Positions 1 to 11,987 of a stretch of 64,000 nucleotides of DNA are shown piece by piece. The stretch covers positions 62,001 to 126,000 of the forward strand of contig RSEE01000007.1 in the NCBI GenBank assembly GCA_003971905.1, in the 5' to 3' direction. Within the stretch, counting starts at the first letter, position 1, and every line of letters starts with the position of its first letter. Both the position numbers and the translations under genes were made by a program. This DNA is from Moniliella sp. 'wahieum'. Taxonomy: Eukaryota. Under the pieces are notes generated by a model, which had not been told where the DNA came from, made no database searches, and saw nothing but the letters and a program-made list of their open reading frames with translations.

Positions 1-689
1 TGCAGTGGCCACAGTGAGTGGGACAGATACGTACATGAGATGCAACAATGCTCATATGGCAAACGTCGCAAATCAGGGTCAAAACGGAGGTCTGCAGAAT
101 GAGGTTCTTGAGTTCAGAGATGCGCGAGTCGGTGGCAGAGAAGCCTGTCAAGGCGCGGCGGAGGGTGACGTAGAGCGCGATGGTTTCCAGCAAGTCACAG
201 CTGACGATGCAGCAGCTCATGACCAGCACTGCGGGCTGGACCGTGTCGAGAGCATCAAACCGCTTGAGAATACCACAGCCGACCATGGTGGCCGTGCAGC
301 CAACGATGCCACCAAAGGCCAAGAAGAGAATGATAGAGGTGAGCCACCACTGGCGCCGTAGAGAGTGAATCCTCCATGCCAAAAAGCATTCGACAATAAA
401 GCAGCTAATTGCGCCCGACTCCATCGAGCCAATAAAGCTGGAACCAATATAAGCCAGATATTGAGGCTCTCATAGTGCCTCACAAGCCACCCCGACAAGG
501 AATTGCAAGCGCACACCGTGTTCGTGATCTCAGCCATGGCTACAAGCGCGACGACGAGCTTCAAGCCCCAGGGGTCACGCACAAACCTGTCCAAAGCAGC
601 CACAACTGGCAAATGGTAACGCCAAAGAGGATGAGGTTGACATAGAGCCCAATCAGCAGGTAGCCTGTGGTATTGGCGACAGACACCAT
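1..689 (-). CDS. Multi-pass membrane protein, DUF6534-like basidiomycete family (3' part runs off the window; frameshifted)
   Basis: Joined minus-strand frames read MVSVANTTGYLLIGLYVNLILFGVTICQ..RFVRDPWGLKLVVALVAMAEITNTV..VECFLAWRIHSLRRQWWLTSIILFL..CDLLETIALYVTLRRALTGFSATDSRISELKNLILQTSVLT. This matches the G-x-LLIG / F-xx-D-xxx-LK / WRI / TGF-xx-TD pattern of the family. Confidence 0.7.
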
Positions 690-1429
690 GGTGCAGGTAC
701 GAGAAGAGGGAGAGGCAGGGGCCGGGGCTGGCGGTACAAAGAGCTGGAAATATGAAGAGGGATCGTGATGAGGTGGTGTGTTTAGGACGTTGTCGTCGAG
801 GAGCGTGGAGAGTTGGTGGGGGTGGTTGGGAAAGGTAAGGGGGTCGTCATGAGGGTGGAGCGAGTTTTAACGTTAGCCCCCGACGAGAGGACCCCAATGG
901 TCGTGAAACGGAGGAAGAGAGCGCAGAAGAGTAAGCTGTGTAAGTTTGATGCATGATATTCTTAGTCAGTGACCAGTTCGCTCCCGTCTTGTAGGTGGCC
1001 AGCACTACTTACCGGTTGCTAGGTACTCGTTATCCCCGTCTTATTGCGTGAGAGAGAGCTTGAGGCCTGGCTTCGAGATTGAGAGAGGACTCAGAGTACT
1101 GAGGCCGAGTACTGGCGGTACTGAGTACTGACGCCTTGAGCGAGCCTTCGGTGGCCGCATCCATTAGTCAGTGGCGACAAGGAGCCACAGAGGTGCCACC
1201 CTCAGGCCTCAACGTCCTCGTCGTTGCAGCCGCCAAGCCCCAGACCCTGTGGGGCGTGGCCACACTGGTGGGGGCAAACGCCGACCTGCGCCCGCTCGTG
1301 GAGCTTGGTGGAGCGCATCCTGCATCCAGGCCGGCGTATACACCCCGATCGCAATATTACACGCTTCAAATCTCAGATTCCAGATCTCACATTTCACGCC
1401 TCACAGCCTTCGCAGAAGCCTCTGTCGCA

Positions 1430-1470
1430 CATCGACCCTCTGTATGTATCGACCCTCTGTATGTATCGAC
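1430..1470. repeat. 17-bp direct tandem repeat (ATCGACCCTCTGTATGT), about 2.3 copies
   Basis: Read directly from the sequence. Confidence 0.9.
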
Positions 1471-1739
1471 ATGAGTGCAACATAGTCCGCGGAGCCGACG
1501 CCGGCGGCTTCAAGAAACTGAAAAGGCTCAGGCGCTCAGGCAAAACCTTGGCAACCTCCTGCTTCAACGTTCAACCCCGCCGATCCAGTACGTATATTAT
1601 TCCGTACTTCGCCCAGGTGGGGATCCAGACAGAGAGTATAATACAGCCCGTTACTAGTTACTCGGAGAGGCTCAGCGAGACTAGGCGGCTCAGCAGCTCA
1701 GCACCCCCTGCGCCTGAGAGGACCTGAGGATCTCAACGA

Positions 1740-2020
1740 GTAGTACGTAGTACTGGGCCTCAGGGCCTCAGGGGCTCGGGGCTTGGGGTAGAGTTGTGAC
1801 CGGTGTGACCTGAGGCTTCAAGCTTCACTAGCTTCACTGAGGTACTGAGGACTCGCCTGGGCGGCATGAAGCTTGAAGCTTCAAGATGAAGCTTGAAGTT
1901 TGAAGCTTGAAGCTTGAAGAGCTTGAAGCCTCGTGGCGCGTGACGCGTGACTAGCATAGATCGGATCATCGATCATCGATCATCAGGATCGATCATCTCG
2001 ATCGTCAACGCGTCAACCTT
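1740..2020. repeat. Cluster of 7-bp-period T[C/G]A + 4-bp-palindrome repeats (AGCT, CGCG and TCGA cores)
   Basis: TGAAGCTTGAAGCTTCAAG, GCGTGACGCGTGA, GATCATCGATCATCGATCATC. Confidence 0.85.
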
Positions 2021-2939
2021 CTGAGGGATCACGAAAAGTGATAACCCATACCTCTGTGGTGCGTTCCAGCAGATCCGCGGGAGCGAGAATGGTGGCTGTG
2101 GGGTGCGGAACTTTTGCGGGATGCTCCAGGAGGAGGCCTTACTAGTTACTTGAAAAGGCCCAAGGCCTAACCGGCCTAACCTCCTAAGGGCCAGCCGAAC
2201 ATATTTGGCCGCGGCCTCTCGTTAAAGATGATCGATGACTCTGACTGCCAGACACCGAGAAGGTAATTAGACCGAAGCGGCAAAATCATGAACCAGGGGC
2301 AAGGGGTCGGAGTTAATCCCAATCATCGATGGGCATCATGTGCATGATGCATGATGCATTGAACTATTGACTATTGGGTAGTGGATGTTTGTGACGCGCG
2401 ACGGGTGATCGAGCCTCCTCGCTCAGGCTGAGTGTGGTGCATGTGGCGTCACACTGGCGTAGTGGCATGGTGACACTGGTAGCCCAAACCCGGTTCTTTC
2501 GGTGTCTTCCTTCAGGTATTCCTTCCTGGAAGGCAGGACAGGGGCAATGCAATTCACTACCAGCTGCAAATCTGGGATCCGATCCTCCAGTTCCCAACTG
2601 AGCGAATGTGGAGAGGCGGAATGGGAGATGAGATCTGAGAAGGAGCACGGAGTGCCAGACGGAGCCTGCGGGTGCAATAACAGACTGTGGGTGGAAGTGG
2701 CAGAGATGTGAGAGCGCCCGAGTCCAACTATGTTGACACCTGCACTAGCATCCATTCCCTATCCCGCCAGCCACGCAAAAAAGCAGGGAACTATAGTAAC
2801 TCTGGTAATAAAACGAGTAACTACGAACTTGTACCTAATAGTAATGTCTTGTCTTCGTGGTTGACAGAACATCCGCGGGGGGCGCAGAGCATATGCCCTC
2901 TACTGTCTCTCACTGCTGCCTCCCACAAAAAGGCTCCTA

Positions 2940-3450
2940 ACCCTCAGGGCCTGAGGCCTGAGGTCAGGCCTAATGCACGTGTAACAACGATACCCCACAC
3001 GCAAACATAGTGACTCAACGCGAGGAACTAGCATAGCTAGCAACTAGTAACTAGTAACTAGCAGCGCGTAACGGGTGTTAAGCTTTAAGCTCTAAGCCGC
3101 ACTAACCCGAACAACGTACAACGCACTCCGACCAAGCCACATGTGTCACACGTCATGCATCGCGCATCACTTGCATCGCGCATCATGCATCACTAGTCAC
3201 TATTAGTGCTACATGTTGCATGGCCATGTCACATATATGTCACAATGCCACTAGCGTTAGGCCCCTGGCCTCAAGCCAAAAGCCTGTGGCGGCGGCTTAG
3301 CGCCTTAAGCCAAGGCTTAGTGGCTTAGGCCTCAGCCTGAGGTTTCCCGAGGGCTTGAGTACTTGGGTACTACATACTAGACTTCGGGATGATCGATAAG
3401 ATTATCAATGGCCGTCGATTTTCGACGTCGATGATTCATCGATGATATGA
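2940..3450. repeat. Cluster of 7-bp-period palindromic repeats (GGCC, CTAG, TGCA, CATG and TCGA cores)
   Basis: CCTGAGGCCTGAGG, AACTAGTAACTAGTAACTAG, CATCATGCATCAC, TCATCGATGA. Confidence 0.8.
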
Positions 3451-4349
3451 TAGCCTCTCTGCTCTTACCAGAAGTTATCTCTCGGACAATTCCCTTTCGA
3501 GGAAGTGCTACTGGATGATGTTCTTATCTCTGCACAATCGCGCGATCACGTCTTAACGAGCGTTGCATCTATATAGAGGGATCTTGTAGCAATCCTGTGG
3601 TAATATCGAACAAAAAACACTTTCTTCCCTGAGCTCTGTTGAGCGCTGGCGGAGAGCAAAAAGTAGCGTTTTTGTTGCATAGCGGAGGGTGCTCAAGTGC
3701 TCATGGCGCTCAGGCCAGAAAAGAGTTTTGTATACCGAAGAGGGGAATGAAGGATGTGGCTCCAAGGAGAGGGGGTACCGCCGAAGAGTAGAGGGAGCGT
3801 CCGCGCAGATAAGAGGGTGATGATGCTTATATATCACACGCAGGAGATGTGGCGTGATTAGCGCATCGCCCCAGCATTGAAGAGTTGTGCATGACAACTG
3901 TGGTAGAAGAGGTTACCGGTTATCGTGGTAGTAGCGAGAGAGAAGGGTCACCGGTCACCGTGACCTTCTGTGATCATCGATCACCTAGCAGCTTCATCCG
4001 TATATTAGTCTGTTCCAACGGGGTGGGGGCTTGGGCCTTCGTCTCAGGTTCAGTATAGCTATCTATTCAAAAGTAGGTTTCCTTTGTTCTTGTAACACAA
4101 AACTTACGCCTCTGGCTTTGCCTTGCCATCACCTGTATCTCGCACTCGCTTCAACTCATCTCGATGCTCCTCTTCCATCTCTTCAACGTATTCGCTGTCT
4201 CTCTGTATTATAGAGACTCTGCTGTGTCTTGCCTGCGTTCTGGCCTGCATGTGTCCTACAAATCCACTATCCCTGTCGAGCGGAGGGTTGCTTTCGGGTG
4301 GGAACCCTACATTTTTTCGTATCACGTAAAGCATTGCACCACAAAACTC

Positions 4350-6314
4350 TGATGCATGCATCTGCTCGCCCACCCCGCTGTTCCACCCACACCCACGCGA
4401 CCCCTTGGATGCAGATGAATGCCACCGGCAGATCAGCACCTCAAGCACTGGCCTCACCAGCCACAGCTGCTACCAACAGCAGCAGCTTGCTCACGAGCAG
4501 CGACGGGTCTTACGTTTGCTCACCTCCTCGTGGCGTGCATTCATGCGCCAGCTCTACCAGCTCCAAAATACCCCTCCAGGAGCACCTGCCTCGGATGACG
4601 CCGGTGCCCCACGACCTCAAGTGACCTTGATCCTGTGGGTATCCTTCCTCCTGAGATGCTATCGTGGGAACTGTGTAGCATCTTCGTACCTGCTCCCACC
4701 TGCATTCACACATTAATCGCTCTCCTGTCACGCTGTGTGCATCAAAACGAGAACTGGATTCGTCGGGGCGCATACTGACTCCTGTATCTCTTTTCTCTCT
4801 TTTCTCGCGGTACAGTGGAACTCCCGGTCCTCACCAGGTTGCGCTAGGTCTATTCCACAACAGCGCCCAAGGGCAAGTGAAGCTCGGTACGTGTCGCTGC
4901 CTCCTTCCCAGCTGAATCCACGCCATCCATCCACAGCGCTGCAGGAGAAGCCCATACCGCACGCAAGCAGAACAGATATGACTGACTTGTATGGTCTACT
5001 CCCACATCATTCGCCGATCGCTTCCGCGGCTGCATGGATTTACTCATTTGCAGCGCGTTGGGTAGCTGTAGTCAAGGAGATTCACAACAGCCTCTGCCGA
5101 GGGATGAGCATTACTATCCGTGATCTGTTCTATTCGGATGTTCCACTATTTGGCAACCAACGCACCGTTGAACGCATCGTCCAGCATCTTCAGGTGGCCT
5201 TCCAAGTGCAGCGCCCCGCGCTGGGCGTGGGGCCGCCCCGAAAAGTCTGTTCCACGGGCCAGTCCACATCGTTCCCCTCGGCCCGCGAATAAATGCACCC
5301 CTACCCCCCTGCCGCCTCAACACCGTCCCGGATCCCCTCCTTCCAGCTGAAGTCTATCTTCCCGCGCCGACCTTGATCCCAGATGATGGCGCCATTTCCC
5401 ATTTGGAAGCCTGGGCGCCCATCGAATGGATCTTGGTCATCGAGAAGGAAGCTGTTTTCCACACCATGGCTGAGACCCGCCTCGCGGCTGGCGTGCCAGG
5501 TCTCCTTGGTCCCGGCGTCGTTCTCACTGTATGCATATACCCATTATTCCCCCCCTCCCCCGAGACTGGCCGCGCCGCGTAAGTATACAGTGACGCCTGA
5601 CCTTTGCATTCTGTGTTGTGTATATTTAGGGACGAGGGTACCCAGACTTGGCAGCTCGTGCGTTTCTTGCCAACCTACAGACTACCTTCCCCTGGTCAGT
5701 GTACCGTCTCTCCCAGACCCTGCGTGGGGTGATGAGAACGTCCGAGTACTGAGTGCCTCGATTGCTTGTGTGCATATTCCATTCTCCTCGATTCTTCGGC
5801 CGATAGCGCTCCCACTTTTGCCTTGACCGATGGCGATCCACACGGGCTAGACATTGTGCGCGTATACCGTTCTCATCTTGGCACGGCACAGACCGTGCAC
5901 TGGCTCGGCCTCCGCCGCGCCGACGCGCCCACTCCGGCTCAGGTGCAAGGCAACCACATCTCTAACCACGTTCCGTCGCCGACGGCGTGGCTGCCGCTGA
6001 CCCGCCTCGATCGACTCAAGGCCGTATCTTTGTTACGCGACCCTCTCACCGTTGCTGCTGAGCGGTACGTGCATGCACCTAACACCTAAGCCATTTGTTC
6101 CCTGTCGCGCATACAGGAGGGTCACTGATCGGAGTTTCCTTCCCAGTCTGGAGCTGGGACAGATGCTATGGGAAGGAACGAAGTGCGAATTTGAGATTAG
6201 CAATGATCCACTCACTTTGCCTACAAGCGGCAGTACCAGGAGCAAGGATTGGAGCGGCCATCCGTCGGCACGGCTGGTCGTTATGCGCATGGCCGAGGCG
6301 CTTGCACGGATCAG

Positions 6315-6353
<39 letters not shown>

Positions 6354-6447
6354 ACACCAACACCAGCACCAGCACCAGCAACAGCAGCCAACCGCCTCCT
6401 GGCCCGCTTGTCTTCTCACTTCCTGTCCAGCCCTTAAAACGGGGTGA
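4350..6447 (+). CDS. SPO11: Meiotic recombination protein Spo11 (Topo VI-A family), multi-exon; start approximate
   Basis: Winged-helix motif TIRDLFYSD with the catalytic Tyr, then FGNQRTVERIV. Toprim motifs ILVIEKEAVF, GRGYPDLAAR, LTDGDPHGLDI and WLGL. C-terminal LELGQMLWEGTKCEFEI. GT-AG introns separate the motifs. Confidence 0.9.
6316..6389 (+). repeat. (CAACAG)n/(CACCAG)n microsatellite encoding poly-Q/QH at the Spo11 C-terminus
   Basis: Read directly; in frame with the final Spo11 exon. Confidence 0.85.
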
Positions 6448-7071
6448 ATAAATGGCGTGTGTGCATATTATGTTGCTTGTAGATTATGGCGTAGATCGGG
6501 GCCAAAGTGGGTGGGGGGGGAGGGTACAGGAGATAATCTTCATGTTGGTATTTGAATGTGGGGTCCATCTCGAGCAGGTAGGAAGTTGAGCCCACCCTCT
6601 GTCCCTGTCTGTCCCTGACCTCTGAGCCGCCTGGCCTGTCTTTCCGCCCGATGCTGTTCGGCACCCTTTGCTCCCGGCTACTGTTTTGCTGTCCTGGTTT
6701 TTTGGGCTGTGCCGCCCGGTCGCGCGCCAGGCTGAAGCAGACGGGTACGAGGTACTGTGCCTAGTGGCGACCAGGCTGGCGGTTGTAGCGCGTGCTGAAG
6801 CAACCGTACCTATATGTAGGTTGCGGCCCCAGCTCCATCTGTGTCTCGATCATTGTCATTGCCATCATTGTCGTTGCCATCTGGATCCAGATCCTTCATC
6901 TCGCTGTCTTGGTTCCTGTCAGAGCGCAGACGGGGTAAGCACGTGCAGGAGAACACTGGGCACGGTGCATGTGGAGCTCAGAAAGACTCGATCTTTACTG
7001 AGGTACTGAGATGAGAAGTCATGAGCTGATCAGGCGCGCAAGCACAGCAGGACAGTGGGGGGGAGGTACGT

Positions 7072-7571
7072 CTAGGCGCGCCAAAAGAGGAACGCATAGT
7101 CACCCAAATCTGGAAAATGGGCGCTCGTTAGTGGTTCCTTATACAAAAACAAGTTGAGGGGAATGTGCTAGGTTGGGCGACACGACGTACAGAAGTAAAT
7201 GAAGTGCCGCACCTCTGTTCCCGAGCGCCATCGAAAGACGAAGAGTGAGTCAGTAAAGTGTCCAGCCCGCCACGTGTCTTGGAAGCAAAGGACGCCGACG
7301 AGAGACGTACCATGTGTACAATAGGAACCGAATGCACGCCCCACCACGCTCTGCCACGTAGGACCAAAGAGCGCGTCGAGGCGCTTCTTGGTAAAGGCAG
7401 CCATGTCCTTTTCGAGGGTGTGGGTGCGCAGCGCTTCTTGTGCAAGCGCAATTGCACTGGCCTGCATCTCGGCCGTCATGTCGACGTTCTTGATCACTGC
7501 CCGCAGTGGGGGGCATCAGGTGCGACCACGCCTTGTGGCGTGCCCTCGGCGCCGGCTTTCTCGCTGCTCAT
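7072..7571 (-). CDS. DYN2: Dynein light chain LC8 (two introns; start approximate)
   Basis: VIKNVDMTAEMQASAIALAQEAL..EKDMAAFTKKRLDALFGPTWQSVVGRAFGSYCTH | EVRHFIYF | LGDYAFLFWRA-stop (TAG at 7072-7074). Confidence 0.9.
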
Positions 7572-7722
7572 CAGAAGCGGTGGTGGCGATGGTTGGCGTG
7601 TCCATGGCCCAGACATGCCGGCAGCGCTTCGCCCAAGGTGGGGCCGGCGGGCGCGCTACGTAAGCACGCTAGTGCCCTAGCGCGGTGCTGATCCGCCCCG
7701 GTAGATCCCGTGCCAAAAAAAA

Positions 7723-7794
7723 TGGACGAACAGGGAATTGAACCCCGGACCTCATGCATGCTAAGCAAGCGCTCTACCCCTGAGCTATCCGCCC
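7723..7794 (-). tRNA. tRNA-Ala(AGC), intronless
   Basis: GGGCGGATAGCTCAGGGGTAGAGCGCTTGCTTAGCATGCATGAGGTCCGGGGTTCAATTCCCTGTTCGTCCA folds as a cloverleaf with the G3:U70 Ala identity pair, followed by a poly-T Pol III terminator. Confidence 0.95.
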
Positions 7795-8010
7795 TTTGAT
7801 ACGTCAAAAACCAACACTGTTTCCATATCACGTGCGCCTCTTCCACCATCATCCACTCCTATCTTTTCTTGCGCTTCTTGAGTCCCCATCGGAGCGTCCT
7901 CGCTCACAACGGTGGACAATCGAAGAAGTGGGGGCTGGTGGATGGCATTCGCCGAGCCTCATGGGCTTGCACTTTGCACGATGGGTTGAAAAGAGACATG
8001 AAACAAAAAG

Positions 8011-8110
8011 TGATCGAACCCGGGATCGAACCGGGGACCTTACGCGTCTCAACGAGACCTGTTGCTCCAGGATGTGAAGCGTACGTCATGACCAGCTAGA
8101 CCATCCGACC
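8011..8110 (-). tRNA. tRNA-Val(CAC) with a 26-nt intron at 37/38 (8047-8072)
   Basis: GGTCGGATGGTCTAGCTGGTCATGACG-TACGC TT CAC A [intron] C GCGTA-AGGTCCCCGGTTCGATCCCGGGTTCGATCA, followed by a T-run. Confidence 0.93.
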
Positions 8111-8349
8111 GTGATGCGATGTACAGTGACGCACGATGGATTAGACCACACAGCAACCTAAAGTCCTCACGTCGGAGCCACTTCTCTTTGAAAACTGTAT
8201 ACACCGCTAGATTCACTAACCACGCCGTGTCTGCTCAATAACAGTAGCAACCAATGTTACACATGTATGGGACTGCCCAAGAGGCGATGCCACGCCGACC
8301 GATGGAAACGGGGGTTGAGGGAATAAAGCACGCGCGTAGCAGCACTTGA

Positions 8350-9866
8350 TCACAGGGAGGGGGTAGGCGAGAACTGAGGACTTAGGCAAAGGGAGGGGGG
8401 GTTAAAAAATGGTGACCTGGACCCCCTTGATATCGTGGCCCAATCGTCGAGCCAAGGAGAGGGTATGAGGGACGAGCACGCGCCGCATATCTGCCTGCTC
8501 GTGTCGGTCGCGCGTACGTCCGGAGCGAGAGAGGGGGGTTGGGATGCCGAGCGAAAACGTCGGGATGTGAGGGTGGTGGTGGTCGCCGGATGGTGAGAGC
8601 GGGGATGTGCGTGACCAAATAGTCGGCCCAACGACTGTTTCCGGTGTTCATGATGCCCGTGGGGCGACAGACGATGAGCAGGCGTGGTAGCTCCTTGAGA
8701 AACATGCGGAAAGGGGAACCCACTCCCTTCGCGCTCACTGCCGCGGGAAGAAGAGCGGGCGAGTGGGCTGCTGGGTGTTGTGTGCCCCGAAACGGGCAAC
8801 GGAGTGAGCCAGTCGGCATGGTCGTGCTCGTCGAGATCCGAAGCAAAATGTAATTGGGGCCCTGCTGTGCCGGTCTGGGGCGACCAATCCACATCGTTGA
8901 TCACGACAATTTCGCTATAGTGCTTGGCGTGCGCCAGACGCACAATCGCTTCCGCCAACGTGTCCCCGTCTTGCGCTTGCTGCCACTCTGTCGCCACATA
9001 CAATCCCGCCTTGTCTGGGGCACTGACTTGCGCGTCCAGTTCCCCAGCCAAGACAATGAGCCGATCAAGAAGTTGCTCGCGCGCCTCTTCCCCCGCCTCA
9101 TCCTCGATCCGCAGATCGTCCGTCAGCTCCAACAGTTGTTCAGTGCCAGAGAGAACAGAGGGCGTGGCACTCCCCTCACCACTGGGAAAGGAGCCAGGTG
9201 CATGGTGGGACGAATGGATCATGGAGGCAAAGATACTTCCGGCACGAGAGTGCGTCGCTCGGTCTCGCAGCGAACGAATGGAGTCGGAGGAATTTCCGCC
9301 CTCTCGTTCGGGGCTTTGGGCACGCACTGTGCTCAGCAAGCTAGTACGCCGCGACCGGTCTCCCGGTGAGGTGGGGCGGGAGATGGTGGTTTTTTGCCGC
9401 TGCGAAAAAGTGTGGTGGAAAGAGGGATGTAGGAGGCGGGGAGGATGGAGACGCATTCGACATTCACGCTTGGTAACGACGCGGGGGAGGAAGAGTCCGA
9501 ATCAGCCAAGGGAGAGTTGGTGCTGGTCAGGTACTCGGCCAGCTCGTGACCGACGGACTGGAGCGCTTGAATGGAGCGGGAGTGCTCCAAGTCGAGCAGG
9601 GAATGGCGCTCATCCTCGGCGGATGGTGGGGGAAAGGGGGAGAAAGGGGGTGGGGAGGACGTTGGCGGGGGAGGCGAGTGGGAGGGTGAACGGGAAAAGT
9701 GGCTATGGGGGGTGGAGGGGCGGCTGGTGTAGGCCGGATGGACATGATGGCGGAAGACGGGCTGGTAGACGAGGAGCACCGAGCGCGGACCCGGGGCTGG
9801 CGCTGGGCGGGTGGAGGGGGCGCGGGTGGCGATGGGCTTGGTGAGGGGGAAGGAGATGCCGGTCAT
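8350..9866 (-). CDS. Hypothetical Ser/Pro/His-rich protein with weak universal-stress-protein-like segments (one frameshift near 9420)
   Basis: Two overlapping long ORFs (9333-10088 and 8350-9456) join into MTGISFPLTKP..; the segment DTLAEAIVRLAHAKHYSEIVV resembles a USP helix/strand. The family call is weak. Confidence 0.55.
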
Positions 9867-10029
9867 GGCGGTGGCAGAGCGTATGGCCAGGGCGGCTGCA
9901 TGGAGGCGGAGGGGCAGAAGGAGCAGAGGACCAAAGCGCGCTTGGAGACCTCCCACACGAGCTGCCGGCCGCCGACGGGGCAGGCGAGTGGAATATAGCA
10001 TCGCCAGATTGCAGATCGCGTCAGACGGT

Positions 10030-10240
10030 ATGACGCGCATGACGCATGATGTGTGATGCATGATGCATGAGCTGGACGCACCACGCAACTAGCAACGAGT
10101 CACCCCTTGCGCGTCACGCGTCACGCGCATCCAATTCGTACGTTTGCAGGCCAAACTCACAACCCTAGCCGCGCCATGTCAATGTCACATGTCACATGTC
10201 ACCAGCCACCCTGGTCACTAGTCAGCCACTAGTCACCCCT
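10030..10240. repeat. Cluster of 7-bp-period palindromic repeats (TGCA, CGCG, CATG and CTAG cores)
   Basis: TGATGCATGATGCATGA, CGCGTCACGCGTCACGCG, TGTCACATGTCACATGTCAC, GTCACTAGTCA. Confidence 0.85.
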
Positions 10241-10679
10241 CCTGTGCTTTGCCTCCTCCGCTGCCTCGCCCACAACACCCAGCCCTCCTCATCCACACCC
10301 CAACAGCGTCAGCCGCCCCGTGTCAGCCTCGCGACCTCGATCTGAGCTGCCGCTCCTCGCCTCACCGCGTCACGCCCTCAGCGCAGCGCGTCTGTTATGA
10401 GCGCGTCAGTCTCAACTCGCGCCTGGCGTGTGCTGAGGAGGGTTGCATGGTTGCAACCTGCCACATTCAACACGAGCCCACCTCTCCAGTCGCGCCCCAA
10501 ACGCTCCAAATCACGCACGGGCAGAGCAGCTGCTCAGTCTGAGCCAGTCTGCACTACCGTCTCCCCTTGTAGCCCTTCCTAGTAAGACCCCCATCCCGCG
10601 CGTCCATATCGAGTATCTCAGTGTGCGGACAGACATGGGACAGGGGCACGGGCTCTATAAGTCCGCCCTCCCGACCCGT

Positions 10680-11720
10680 TCCCCGTCCTGCGGGTTGCGC
10701 CCTTTCTTCCGTTCGTCACTTTGTTTTCATCTTCTCTGTCTGGGTCCGTATTCGCATACTTCCACTGCCTGACCTTGGGCGCCACCCTGTTTAGTATGCA
10801 CTTTCGTTTCGTTCTTGGTCCGTAGCCGGGTAACCCACAGTCTCCTAAAAAGTTCTTGATTGGAAAACCCACACTCTCTCCCTCATATGGGCAGAGAGCC
10901 CTCGCGAACTAGTTTGATAGGGGGCTCAAGAAACCCCTCGCACGGGTCTCAGTCAGAGCCTGGGCGCTACTGGCCCAGCGCCGAGCTGAGCCCTCGCTGA
11001 GGGCGCAAATGTCCCTCTCGGATGCGTTCATACATCTCAGGGCAGAGGCCCCACTACCAACATCAAGCACACCACAGTGCCTGATGTTCAGACGCATGAG
11101 TCCTGAGAGAGTCCCCTTGCGAATTGGACCAACGGAATCCCACTCGGACCATTTGACCAGTAGCACTGAACTATAAACTAAGCCACAGTCTGCCAAACTC
11201 CTTTTCATACCGATCCACCCTTCGTGTGTTCGGGTCCAAATGTCCAGAGCCCCCTCCCTTTTCGCACCTATAACCCTCTGCCACCTCGACGACGCCTTGC
11301 TTGAACAGTTTGTCATTGCAGTGCCCTCAGCCTGAGCGCTGCGGCTTAGCCAACACCCTCAAGCCTCCTCTCCGTTCTGGGTGCACGCGAGTGATAATTG
11401 CTAGCTCTAGTTCATAAGCCTTGGCACGCTCGGGCCCTCAGGGGGTGTCGACTGATGAGCCCACACCTGCTCAAAAGTACAGATATCATACAACAACACG
11501 ATAATGAAAAGACAGTGAAACGCGAAGTCCATCTCAAGTTGGCTCGTCCGCGTTTGGGTGAACCGCCGGACAAGGCCCTAGAACGACGCCTCTGGATTGT
11601 TCCAGGAAATGGGAATGTCCTGGTTGCAGTTCTTGGCCGGCACCGCACCCACCGTGACATTCATTCCCTGACGAGAGTGCTGCGTAAGGCAAAACACAAA
11701 ACATTATTATGATTCACAGT
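10680..11720 (+). ncRNA. Candidate ~1 kb structured non-coding RNA (identity unknown)
   Basis: TATAA at 10656, no credible ORF, and a series of nested helices whose imperfect pairs are G-U on the + strand (10896-10927, 10935-11003, 11059-11088, 11143-11249, 11317-11343, 11518-11555, 11556-11650). Confidence 0.45.
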
Positions 11721-11987
11721 GTAATAATTCACCCAGGGCGGGCAGAATGCCAACTAATAGGGGTACCAAACCCATCGTCCGCTTCCTTTCCATGTCCCTA
11801 TGCCATCTGAGTCGCCCTTTGTCCATTCTCTCAACCGGACAGGACTTGAATAGATTGGAAAGAGGGGAATGGGGTCCCGGCAGTGGGGCAGAAGTGCAGG
11901 CAAGTGGGGGGGGAACCGTGGCTGGCAGTAGCAGCGACAGGTAGGGTTGTTGGGCCCAAGGGACCTGCCGCAGCCGGAGAGCGGTAG

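Noticed and set aside
2937..2944. CTAACCCT as a telomerase template or interstitial telomere
   Set aside because: Single 8-mer embedded in heptamer arrays with no supporting structure; expected by chance.
11452..11555. CTGATGAG ... GAAAC ... GTC as a hammerhead ribozyme
   Set aside because: No credible stem II directly before GAAA, and stem I cannot pair.
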